From: Streptosporangiales bacterium
GTDB lineage: Bacteria > Actinomycetota > Actinomycetes > Streptosporangiales > WHSR01
DNA length: 64,000 nt
NCBI GenBank assembly: GCA_009379995.1
Contig: WHSR01000009.1
Coordinates: forward strand, 997-64,996
Reading direction: 5' to 3'
Shown here: one piece after another, positions 1 to 8,505 of the stretch
Layout: each line of letters begins with the position of its first letter
How positions within the stretch are numbered: position 1 is the stretch's first letter
Notes under the pieces: model-generated
The model's database searches: none
Told to the model about the DNA's origin: nothing
The model's input: only the letters and a program-made list of their open reading frames with translations
Made by a program: the position numbers and the translations under genes

Positions 1-2
1 TG

Positions 3-350
3 ATCACGCCTACCCTACTGCTCGGGGCCGCCCCTTCGTGTAGCTGCTCGGAGGGTCCCCGCATCCCCGAGACCAAGGCTGTCGGCAAGGACGACTGTTA
101 CTCCAAGCCGTCCAAGCGAGACAAAGCGAAGAAAGCCAAGGAAAACGAGTTCAAGCGGTTCGCCACCCGCGAGGACGCGATCAAGGCGGCGAAGAAGGAG
201 CGGAACGACTATGTACCGGGCAGAGCCCGATACCGTGGGCCATGCCGCCGCGGCGGACATGTTCACCTGGACATTCGTAACAAGGCAAGGACTCGGGTCA
301 TCAAGACGATTCATTATGAATGGCCGGGCCACACCAAGGAAGGATGCTAG
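3..350 (+). CDS. 3' end of an ORF entering from upstream of the window. Basic C-terminal module (..RYRGPCRRGGHVHLDIRNKARTRVIKTIHYEWPGHTKEGC*), candidate toxin-type C-terminal domain
   Basis: Frame 3 is open from base 3 to TAG 348-350 with no start codon, so it is absent from the ORF track. GC3-rich codons. The stop directly abuts ATG 351 of a small acidic ORF. Confidence 0.4.
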   Translation: MTPTLLLGAAPSCSCSEGPRIPETKAVGKDDCYSKPSKRDKAKKAKENEFKRFATREDAIKAAKKERNDYVPGRARYRGPCRRGGHVHLDIRNKARTRVIKTIHYEWPGHTKEGC

Positions 351-641
351 ATGGTAGTGCACCGGGATCTACGGGAGATCGCAGAGGAGTTCGTGATCCC
401 CGCACTGCGGAAGCACGCCGCCGACGCCGAACAGTACCGGGAGCAATACGTCCCCGAGCCCGGCACCGGCGAATGCGAAGCGACTGACGACGGAATCGAA
501 TTGATTATTCCGGCCATGGACGAGCTGGCGTCCGCGCTGCGAGCCTACGGGGAAGCATTTTCTGAGCGCACCGGTTGGCGTGCCCCGTTCGACATACCCG
601 AGCAAGAGGAAGAAGACGACGAGGAGGATGAGGAGGACTAA
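351..641 (+). CDS. Small acidic protein (96 aa, C-terminal EEEDDEEDEED tail), candidate immunity/antidote partner
   Basis: ORF track 351..641. ATG immediately follows the upstream TAG (tagATG). No family recognised. Confidence 0.5.
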   Translation: MVVHRDLREIAEEFVIPALRKHAADAEQYREQYVPEPGTGECEATDDGIELIIPAMDELASALRAYGEAFSERTGWRAPFDIPEQEEEDDEEDEED

Positions 642-1036
642 TAGGGACCGTAGTAGTACCGGTAATCGGGGTGGTCGCAGTAGACGGCGGTGATCTCGGT
701 GACGGCGTCTGCCCAGGCGTCTCGGATTCCGGCGAACAGATCTGATCGGTCGGTCTCCCATGCCATGGCACCGCCCAGGTAGTGCTCCAGGATCTGGCGT
801 TTGGCTTCGACCTCGCGCAGGGCCCGCTTCGGGTCCGGCGCGTGATGCGCCGCGTGGTGGTCATCTATGAGCCGGTCGTTGAGGAAGCACACCTGCTCGG
901 CCACCTCGCTCGTCTCGAAGGCCCGCAGCCACGGAGCGGCTCGCCGTGGCGCCTCGATGCGTCCGGCTCGGAGAAGCTTTTCGAAGTCCAGATGCCGGCC
1001 TTGTCGAAGGAGCTTCTCGACATCCACGTCGGTCAT
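638..1036 (-). CDS. DUF6221-like hypothetical protein
   Basis: Tail of ORF 638..1144. Internal ATG at 1036 (MTDVDVEKLL). The ..DPKRALREVEAKRQILEHY..DHPDYRYYY pattern resembles the actinobacterial/phage DUF6221 family, recalled from memory. Confidence 0.5.
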   Translation of the reverse strand: MTDVDVEKLLRQGRHLDFEKLLRAGRIEAPRRAAPWLRAFETSEVAEQVCFLNDRLIDDHHAAHHAPDPKRALREVEAKRQILEHYLGGAMAWETDRSDLFAGIRDAWADAVTEITAVYCDHPDYRYYYGPY

Positions 1037-1140
1037 CGGCGCGTCTTTCTTCTGTCGTTTCTGGTTGGGTGTCGTGGGTAGCCCGCAAGGCCGTGCTCGG
1101 CCCTCACATTGCAGGCGCATTCCGGCTGCCAGCCGGGCTC

Positions 1141-1404
1141 TCACGGACCAGCCCCGAGATCGAGACGGGTGATGTCGGTGCGCACTTGGCAGATGCGGAC
1201 GTCACCTGACACGCCGTCCACGGCGCGTAGCCAACCGGTACGGCCGAGCGTCTCGTTGACCCAGTCCATCGTGGCCTTCCAGTCGCCCTTCGCCGGATAG
1301 CCGGCGGCATCGAGGCGAGCCCGGCGGGCCTGTTCGATGTGTGCCAGCACCCACAGCGGCTCATCCCCGGACGGATCCAAGATCAGATAGTGACGGTAGT
1401 CCAC
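1141..1404 (-). CDS. Hypothetical protein (87 aa)
   Basis: C-terminal part of ORF 1141..1683. GTG 1404 is preceded by GGAGGGAGGA. Only this part looks coding (MDYRHYLILDPSGDEPLWVLAHIEQ..). Confidence 0.5.
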   Translation of the reverse strand: MDYRHYLILDPSGDEPLWVLAHIEQARRARLDAAGYPAKGDWKATMDWVNETLGRTGWLRAVDGVSGDVRICQVRTDITRLDLGAGP

Positions 1405-1483
1405 GCCTAGTCCTCCCTCCGCGTCGTCGCGGTCGACTTGTGACGGAACGTCTGTCGCAGCTCCGCGGTCGGGGCGTCGCCGG

Positions 1484-1891
1484 TCACGAGCCCATCCCTC
1501 GCTCCGCGAAGCTGGCGATCTTGACGGCAGCACGAGCCGCATCGGTGGCCGGGTAGCTATAGGGACTGCAAGATCGTCGGAACTGACCCCACGCGTAACG
1601 CCACCGGTACACGGGACGGCCGTCCTCCACGCGAACGGCAACCGGCAGACACCACACGATCTCCGGGCCGCGCCGAGTCTCAATCAGGATGCAGGGCCCC
1701 CAGGACACCCCTCCCCAGTCCACCGTGGACCGAATGCCCAACCAACCCAGCTCGTCGGCCAGCTCAACCAGCCGGGCGTGCGCCCACCGTTGGACATGTT
1801 GGTGACGAAGCTCGGCAGCCTTCGCCCGCTCGTCCACGACGATCACATCAGCCATCGCCCGTCTTGGAGTCGGAGATCCGCCGTTGCTCAT
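1484..1891 (-). CDS. Small hypothetical protein, member of a window-internal paralogue family (with 60616..60895 and 61836..62261)
   Basis: ORF track, alternative start at 1855 (MADVIVV). Shares the pattern helix(L..LA.ELG)-strand-(V.V..DG...Y.W)-..D..A..IA with the two other small genes. Divergent from an XRE-TPR regulator. Confidence 0.55.
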   Translation of the reverse strand: MSNGGSPTPRRAMADVIVVDERAKAAELRHQHVQRWAHARLVELADELGWLGIRSTVDWGGVSWGPCILIETRRGPEIVWCLPVAVRVEDGRPVYRWRYAWGQFRRSCSPYSYPATDAARAAVKIASFAERGMGS

Positions 1892-2032
1892 GGCTGGCTC
1901 CTGAAACGCGGTCGGTTACTGAGGAATCAGCCAACCGCCCAGCTCAGAGGAGTGCCAGAGCGCCGATGCGGCACGTATGTGGCACGAATGAAGCACCGAG
2001 CACGAGAAGGTGCCAGCTCCGGCTAGCGCGGG

Positions 2033-2049
2033 GCTACCGTGGCGGTAGC
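2033..2049. promoter_or_regulatory. Perfect inverted repeat GCTACCG-tgg-CGGTAGC just upstream of the XRE regulator start
   Basis: Read directly from the sequence. The GCTA(G/C)CGTG core recurs at 2022, 60921 and 62287. Confidence 0.35.
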
Positions 2050-2062
2050 GGAAGGGAGGGCC

Positions 2063-3479
2063 ATGGCGCGGCGCCGGTTGCGGCTCATCCAGCGACGCAA
2101 GACGGTCGGCTATACCCAAGAGGAGCTGGCCAACTTGCTTGGCATGGAACGCTCGACCGTAGTGCGCTGGGAAAAGGGACAGACCGAGCCGCTGCCGTGG
2201 GTACGGCCGGGCCTGGCGGGCCTGCTCAAGTTAAGCGCGGACGAACTCGACGCCCTGCTTAACGATGTCACAGTGGTCGCCGGAGGCGATGAGGCCGCCG
2301 CGCCTGCCGCACCGACACTTCTTGACTTCTCGCTCACCTCTGACGAGACGGTGAGTGTCATGGAGCAATTCTCGGCGCGCGACCTGGCCAGCCGTCGCCA
2401 GGTGTTGGCAGAACTATCGGTCCTGACCGGTGACGCCTTGCTTCGGTCGGTTCGGTCATGGGTGGCGTCACTGCCGTCTGGCGAAACTCATGCCGAGGTT
2501 GGCTTCGACGAAGTAAGCCAGCTCGAAGAGGCCGTGAAGCTCTTTCGTCGGTGGGATGCGTCTGGCCTTGGCGGCCTGCAGCGCAAGGCCGTCGTCGGCC
2601 AGCTCAACGCGATGACCGAAACTCTAAATGAACGTCGCTCACCAGCGATCAGGCAGCGACTCTTCAGCATTACCGCCGAACTGGCGCAACTCAGCGGTTG
2701 GATGGCGTACGACCAGGGGCTGTATGGCGTAGCTCAGCGCTATTACATGCTCGCCCTGCACGCTTGCCGCGAGTCGGCCAATTCCGAGCTGGGCGCCAAG
2801 ATTATCGGCGACATGACGCAGCTCTCCACTGCGCTCGGCCACTACGACGACAGCCTGTCGTTCGTGCACACAGCGCTCTACAGCCTGCCGCGCGGCAGCA
2901 ACCCGCTGGTACGTTCCGAGCTGCTTGGCTTGGAAGCACGCGCCTACGCGCACCTCGGAAGGAGCGAAGCCGCCAACGCCGCCCGCTCGGGCGAAAGCTG
3001 TGTCGAGGTCTACCACGAAGGCGCCGTCGAGACTCGGCCGGACTGGATTCACTACATGAACCAGGCCGAGGTGGACTGCCTCGCCGCCAATACGTACATC
3101 GAGCTGGCCCTGCACGAAACCGATGCGACAAGAACCAAGCGCTATGCCGCTCGAGCAGAGCACTACACCACTAACGCCTGTGAGCGCCGCGGCGAGCTCT
3201 ATACCCGCAGCCGCATATTTTGATGAGGTCCGCCTGGCCAAGGTGCGCCTGGCCCAGCGCGAGCCTGACGAGTCCGTCGGAGTCGGATTGCGTTCGCTCT
3301 CGCTTGCTCAAGGTGCGCGCTCATCACTGATTGTTGATTGGCTGCTGCGCTTCGATGCCGAACTACAAGCGCGCTACCCGAAGGTGAGATCCGCACGACA
3401 GTTTCACGACCAGCTCACCGCCTACGTTAGGAAAGCGGCGCCGCGAAAGGAAGGCAACCTCCGTGGTTCCGGAACTTGA
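2063..3479 (+). pseudogene. XRE-family HTH + TPR-like transcriptional regulator, frame broken at T-run 3218-3221
   Basis: MARRRLRLIQRRKTVGYTQEELANLLGMERSTVVRWEKGQ.. HTH. ORF ends ..TRSRIF-TGA at 3223. The expected continuation (F)DEVRLAKVRLAQREPDES..QFHDQLTAYVRKA runs in the frame of ORF 3123..3479. Removing one T restores a single ORF. Confidence 0.7.
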
Positions 3480-4023
3480 GTTCCGCACCCTCGACGGCGA
3501 GCAGGCCAGGCGGCATCTTGACGAACTCAGCACCCTCTACCTCGAGGTCTACGCGGAGCCGCCGTATGAGTGGGGCGACGAACACGCCGCGCTGTTCCGG
3601 GAGCGCTTCGAGGTGCAGCGTCGGCAGGACGGGTTCAGGCTGGTCGAGGCGCGGGTAGACGGCACGCTCGTGGGTGTTGGCTTTGGCGTCACGCTGCGAT
3701 CCTCCTCGCCGTGGTGGCAGAACCTGCTCACCCCGCTGCCGGAGCAAGTCACGCGTGAGTACCGGGGTCGCACCTTTGCCGTAGTGGAACTCCTCGTACG
3801 CGCACCGTGGCGTCGGCGGCATATAGCCAGCACCATTCACGATCTGTTGCTTGCCGACCGCCCCGAGGAACGCGCCACGCTCACTGTGCTCCCAGAAGCC
3901 ACCGCCGCCCAGGCCGCCTACCGTAAGTGGGGATGGCGGAAGGTAGCACAGAAGCGGAATCCACTGCCGGGGTCGCCGGTGTTCGATGTGATGGTGAAGA
4001 GGATCCCGCAACCTGAACGCTGA
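3463..4023 (+). CDS. GNAT family N-acetyltransferase
   Basis: ORF track. Typical actinobacterial GNAT layout (..FRLVEARVDGTLVGVGFG.. / ..VELLVRAPWRRRHIASTIHDLLL..). Confidence 0.8.
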   Translation: MVPELEFRTLDGEQARRHLDELSTLYLEVYAEPPYEWGDEHAALFRERFEVQRRQDGFRLVEARVDGTLVGVGFGVTLRSSSPWWQNLLTPLPEQVTREYRGRTFAVVELLVRAPWRRRHIASTIHDLLLADRPEERATLTVLPEATAAQAAYRKWGWRKVAQKRNPLPGSPVFDVMVKRIPQPER

Positions 4024-4060
4024 GCGTCCGCGCGTCCGACGAGACCTGTCGCCGGACGGG

Positions 4061-5215
4061 TCACAACCATCGACGGTGTTTGAAGACGAGATACAGACCT
4101 GCGCAGACCAGAGCCATCAGGGCGAGGGCGAACGGGTAACCGAAGATCCAGTGGATTTCCGGCATGTAGTCGAAGTTCATGCCGTAGACGGTGCCGATGA
4201 GGGTGGGCGCGAACAGGATGGCCGCCCAGGCGGAGATCTTCTTGATCTCCTCGTTCTGGGCGAAGCTGGCCTCGGTTAGCCGCTTCATCTCCTCGTTCTG
4301 CGACTGGCCGACGAGCGTGGCGTTGACCGTGAGCATGCCATCGAGCAACTGGCGGAACCCGTCCACCCGCTCGGCGACGGTGGTGGCGTGGTCGGCGACG
4401 TCCCGTAGGTAGCGTTGCAGCTCCTCGTCGGTGCCGTACTTGTCGAAGCCGGCGATGAGCCCCTCCAGGATGCCCAGCAAGGGACTGGTGGCCCGCTGGA
4501 ACTCGATCACCTCACGGGACAGCTCGTAGATGCGCCGCGACACCTTCGGGTCGCCGCCGAACACCTCGGTCTCGATCTCGTCGATGTCGTTCTGCAGACC
4601 CGCGACGACCGGGGCGTAGCCGTCTACAACGGAGTCCAACGTGGCGTACAGAACCGCTTCGGGGCCCAGCCCCAGCAGCTCGGGGTCCTCCTCCAGGCGG
4701 CGGCGTACGGCGGCGAGGTTCGGGGCCTGGCTGTGTCGTACGGTCAGCACGAAGTTCGGGCCGACGAACAGGTGGATCTCGCCGAAGTCCACCTCCTCGA
4801 CCTCGTCGAGGTAACGGGCCGCGCGCAGCACCACGAACAGAGTGTCCCCGTAGCGTTCCAGTTTGGGCCGCTGGTGGGCGACGACGGCATCCTCCACCGC
4901 CAGCTCGTGCAGCCCGAACTCCTCGGCCGCTGCCAGCAGCTGCGCCTCCGCCGGCCGGTACAGCCCGATCCAGGCCATCGTGCCGGGCTCACCGGGCAGC
5001 AGCCGATACGCCTCCCCGAGGGTCTGCGGGGTGGCGATCCGATGACCGTCGCGGTAGAGGCCGGCGTCGACAATGCTCCTTTCCACCGGGGCGGTCGCGG
5101 CACTTGCGGCACGAGGATCCATCGACCGCTCCGGCGGGGGCGGTTGATGCCGGTCGCTGGGGCGGCGGAGTCCCAGCATCCTCGGGCGTAGGGCACGGAA
5201 GCGGCGCTCAGCCAT
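4061..5215 (-). CDS. corA: CorA magnesium/cobalt transporter
   Basis: YGMNFDYMPE (GMN motif) and two C-terminal TM helices. ATG 5215 is preceded by GGAGG. Confidence 0.9.
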   Translation of the reverse strand: MAERRFRALRPRMLGLRRPSDRHQPPPPERSMDPRAASAATAPVERSIVDAGLYRDGHRIATPQTLGEAYRLLPGEPGTMAWIGLYRPAEAQLLAAAEEFGLHELAVEDAVVAHQRPKLERYGDTLFVVLRAARYLDEVEEVDFGEIHLFVGPNFVLTVRHSQAPNLAAVRRRLEEDPELLGLGPEAVLYATLDSVVDGYAPVVAGLQNDIDEIETEVFGGDPKVSRRIYELSREVIEFQRATSPLLGILEGLIAGFDKYGTDEELQRYLRDVADHATTVAERVDGFRQLLDGMLTVNATLVGQSQNEEMKRLTEASFAQNEEIKKISAWAAILFAPTLIGTVYGMNFDYMPEIHWIFGYPFALALMALVCAGLYLVFKHRRWL

Positions 5216-5439
5216 GGCAACCTCCGAGACGAGGAGACCGAATCGACCTCTACACCCGGCACCTACCATCGGCGACCATCCCACCTGAAGGCGGCCGGCC
5301 GACGGCGCCGGGGTCAGCGGGGGCTACTTGGAGGTTGGCTACGCACGGCGGCCTCACCTCCCTCATCCTCGACCTCGTGGACCTACTGATCACGGTACCC
5401 CAGATGGAGAAGGTGCAGGGACTCCGCAGGACGCGGTGA

Positions 5440-6426
5440 TCAGAGGGCGAGGCGGGCGAGGATGGGGGCGTGGTCGGAGCCGGGCTCGCCGCGGCGCGCA
5501 CCCGGATCGTTGCCGATGGAGGGCAACTCCGCGCTGGTCTTTCCGCCGGCCTCCCCGCTGGCCTTGCCGCCGACCTCGCTGTGCACCTCCTCCACCCGGC
5601 CCAGCAGCGCATGGCTGACCAGGATGTGGTCGATCAGCTCGGGGCGGTCCCGGTGGACGCGGGAGTACCGCTGGTCGTCGGGGAGCAGCGGGGCGAGGTT
5701 CCACAGCCGCCACGCGTCCCCCTGGTCGGACCTGGACGCCGCCGCGGTGCCGAGCTCTGAGCCGGGCGGGCCGAGCAGGATCTGGGTGGTGGCCGCCTGC
5801 GGCTCGTCGTTGAGATCCCCGAGCACGACGACGGCCCGCTTCTCTCCCTTGCCGTCGATCAGGTCGTCGGCGAGCCCGCGCACGGTGGCCGCCTCGGCGG
5901 CGCGCCGGTTGAGGGCGTACGCGCCGTAGCGAGCCCGCTCCGCCTCGTCCCGGGGGTTGAACCGCCCGCCGGGGAACGTCAGCAGCTTGGACTTCAGGTG
6001 GCACACCGCGACGTCCAGGGTCTTGCCGCGTGCCGGTTTCACCCGCACCGCCAACGCACCCCGCCCCATCCGGGTGCTCTGCGCACCGGAGTCGTCGGCC
6101 CGCAGCGGCGGCATCTCGGGACGGAAGTCGACCACATCGGACAGCACAGTGGCCGGAAACCGGCTCAGCACGCCGACGCGAATGCCGCGCCCGTCCGGGT
6201 GCTCTGACAGGAGAGGGTCGCCCCACTTGCCCTTCAGCCGCTCGATCAGGTCGGCTAATGCCTCCGGGTCACCGATCTCCTGCACCCCCAACACGTCCGG
6301 CGCCAACCGGTTGATGGTGTCCGCCAGCGCGGACAGCTTCGCCTCGTAGGCGGCGTCATCGTCCGGGCCGAAGCCACCGCCCGGACGGTAGAGGTTCTCC
6401 AGGTTCCAGGTACCGACGACGACCAC
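5440..6426 (-). CDS. Endonuclease/exonuclease/phosphatase (EEP) family protein
   Basis: MVVVGTWNLENL.. N-terminus and ..GSDHAPILARL C-terminus typical of EEP. GTG start with GAGGAGG. Confidence 0.85.
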   Translation of the reverse strand: MVVVGTWNLENLYRPGGGFGPDDDAAYEAKLSALADTINRLAPDVLGVQEIGDPEALADLIERLKGKWGDPLLSEHPDGRGIRVGVLSRFPATVLSDVVDFRPEMPPLRADDSGAQSTRMGRGALAVRVKPARGKTLDVAVCHLKSKLLTFPGGRFNPRDEAERARYGAYALNRRAAEAATVRGLADDLIDGKGEKRAVVVLGDLNDEPQAATTQILLGPPGSELGTAAASRSDQGDAWRLWNLAPLLPDDQRYSRVHRDRPELIDHILVSHALLGRVEEVHSEVGGKASGEAGGKTSAELPSIGNDPGARRGEPGSDHAPILARLAL

Positions 6427-6508
6427 GGCTCCTCCTCACGAGGGGGTCGCGCGGATAGGCCCTAGCGCGTTCGCTGAGCCCAGCCCGATGCTAACCCGCG
6501 GAACCCCG

Positions 6509-7423
6509 CTACGGACCGGACCGTTCGTGCAACCTTTGGTGCAGGTCGAGGAGCCGCTCGGCCCGGGCGACGACCGGCGCGTCGATCATCTGACCGTCCA
6601 GGTCGACGGCACCCCTCCCGCCGCTCACCGCCTGCTCGTAGGCAACGACGACCCGGCGGGCGCGGTCGACCTCCTCCTCGGTCGGGGAGAACTCCTCGTT
6701 GAGGACGGGCACCTGGGCCGGATGGATCGCGCTGGCCCCTTCGTAGCCCAGCCGCCGGGAGCTACGTACGACCTCCCGGAACCCCTCGATGTCGGCGAAG
6801 CCCGCCGTGCTGCCGACGAGGCCGAGGGGAGCGATGCCGGCCGCCCGGGCGGCGATCACGATGTGCTGCTTCGGATAGGCGAGGACCTCCGGCTCGGGCG
6901 CGGTGCCCAGGTCGAGGGCGAAGTCCTCCGAGCCCAGGGTGAGCGCAGCGACCCGGGGGCAGGCGCGGGCGATCTCGTCGGTCCGCAGGAAACCGGCGGC
7001 GGTCTCGACGATGACAAGGAGCTGGGTGTGGCCCACCGCCATTCCCCGCTCCTCCTCGAGGTCGGCGACCACCTCGTCGACAAGACGCACCTGGTCCGGC
7101 GAGTCGACTTTGGGCAGGGCGAGCGCCGCGACCCGCGGGGACACCGCCGCCTCCAGATCGCGGAGCGCCAGGCGCCACGGCCGGTTGATGCGGACGACGA
7201 CGTCCGCGCCCGCGCGGGACACCAGCTCGGCGGCCTCCGGTACGGCAAGCCGGGCGGTTTCCTTCTCGCTCGCGGGGACGCTGTCCTCGAGGTCGAGCTG
7301 GATGGCGTCGGCCCCACGGGTGTGTGCCTTCGCGACGAACCGCTCGACATGCGCGGGCACGTACAGCAGCGACCGCCACAGCGGGGCGCGCCGCGGGGTG
7401 GGGCGGGAGCGGGTAACTGTCAT
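6509..7423 (-). CDS. HpcH/HpaI aldolase / citrate lyase beta (CitE)-like CoA-ester lyase
   Basis: ..SLLYVPAHVERFVAKAHTRGADAIQLDLEDSV..ALPKV..VIVETAAG..LTLGSEDFALDLG.. Start at 7423 or 7438. Confidence 0.8.
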   Translation of the reverse strand: MTVTRSRPTPRRAPLWRSLLYVPAHVERFVAKAHTRGADAIQLDLEDSVPASEKETARLAVPEAAELVSRAGADVVVRINRPWRLALRDLEAAVSPRVAALALPKVDSPDQVRLVDEVVADLEEERGMAVGHTQLLVIVETAAGFLRTDEIARACPRVAALTLGSEDFALDLGTAPEPEVLAYPKQHIVIAARAAGIAPLGLVGSTAGFADIEGFREVVRSSRRLGYEGASAIHPAQVPVLNEEFSPTEEEVDRARRVVVAYEQAVSGGRGAVDLDGQMIDAPVVARAERLLDLHQRLHERSGP

Positions 7424-7554
7424 GGCGATCCGCAACATACTGTAGAAACCGCAGCCAGACGGGGTCCGGGGAGTGACGACCGACACACCTGTAACCCGGC
7501 CGGTGCCCGGGTACGTCATCACAAAGGTCTCACTCCGCCGCAGAAAGGACACCC

Positions 7555-7860
7555 TTGGTGGCTCAGGTCCTCCAGCCCCCGCACCGCACGATCCGCACCC
7601 TCGTCCCCGTCCGCGACGACGGGCCGGAGAGCAGGGGCGATACCGTGCACGCGGCGCGTCTCGTCGACGTCGGGAACGGGGAGCTGCGGCCGGTGCTGCC
7701 GGTGTGCGACGAGCTGATCGTCGCGGTTCCCGCCGACGGCCCCGTCACCTGTGAGATCTGCCGGATCCGGCTTCGCCCGGATACGTTCACCAAGGTCGTC
7801 CGGCTAGTGCTGGGCGTCGTACGCCGGCGGCTCCCCTGGTCGCCAGCCTTGCCGAAATAG
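7555..7860 (+). CDS. Hypothetical protein (101 aa)
   Basis: ORF track. GC3-rich codons. GTG preceded by GAAAGGA. No family recognised. Confidence 0.35.
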   Translation: MVAQVLQPPHRTIRTLVPVRDDGPESRGDTVHAARLVDVGNGELRPVLPVCDELIVAVPADGPVTCEICRIRLRPDTFTKVVRLVLGVVRRRLPWSPALPK

Positions 7861-7899
7861 CTGACGTTTGGGCAAGATTACGCTCACTCGAGCGCATGG

Positions 7900-8475
7900 A
7901 TGGCCATGGGACCCCAACCCCAGACCGCCGGCCCGGCGGTCGGCGACGTGGCACCGGACTTCACCCTGCGCCGCACCTTCGACGAGTCCGTCGACCTTGG
8001 CCGGCTGCGCGCGGACGGGCCGGTTCTCGTCCACTTCTATGTCTTCGACTTCGGCGGGATATGAACGCCGGAGCTGTCCCAGTTGGGACGGTTGACGGAG
8101 GAGATCCGGTCCCTCGGCGCCGGCATCGTGGCGATCGCGGTGACGGCGATCTTCTCCCAGCAACGCTTCGCGCGCGAACTCGGCGTCGACTTCCCCCTCC
8201 TCTCGGACTGGAATGGGGACGCCTGTACGAGTTACGGGGTTCGCTACGACGTCTGGAAGGGCCACAAGGGCCTGGCGAAGCGCTCGGTGTTCGTCGTCGA
8301 CCCCGTCGGCGTGATCCGGTACAGGTGGGTCACTGACGACGCCAACGAGGTTCCGGACTTCGGACCGGCAATCGACGTCCTGCGCACCCTCGGCGCACCC
8401 TCGGCGCACCCTCCGAGGGCGACACCTCCTCCCGATGACGACACGGATATCCCAAAAACCGTCGATGACATATGA
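7900..8475 (+). CDS. AhpC/TSA (AhpE/Bcp-like) thioredoxin-fold peroxiredoxin with in-frame TGA (8062-8064) at the catalytic Cys position. Candidate selenoprotein, or a nonsense pseudogene.
   Basis: ATG 7900 ..VGDVAPDFTLR..PVLVHFYVFDFGGI-TGA-TPELSQLGRLTEEI..AKRSVFVVDPVGVIRYRW. The upstream part and ORF 8083..8475 are in the same frame. Confidence 0.6.
8068..8098 (+). other. SECIS-like RNA hairpin immediately 3' of the in-frame TGA
   Basis: CCG-G-AGCUGUCCC-AGUU-GGGACGGUU-GA-CGG. Upper stem is 9 bp including G-U pairs. The apical-loop GU is at nt 21-22 counted from the U of UGA. Confidence 0.4.
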
Positions 8476-8505
8476 TGCAATATCGATCGTCCGAGGAGGG
8501 TTCGG

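Noticed and set aside
5216-5439. Possible M-box (Mg2+) riboswitch in the corA leader, suggested by an AGGTGAGGC match on the minus strand
   Set aside because: Only this 9-nt seed resembles the M-box consensus I recall. The other conserved blocks (GACGCCAAUGGG, ACAGUGC..AAA..CUC.ACGA) could not be found. An Infernal scan would be needed to revive the idea.
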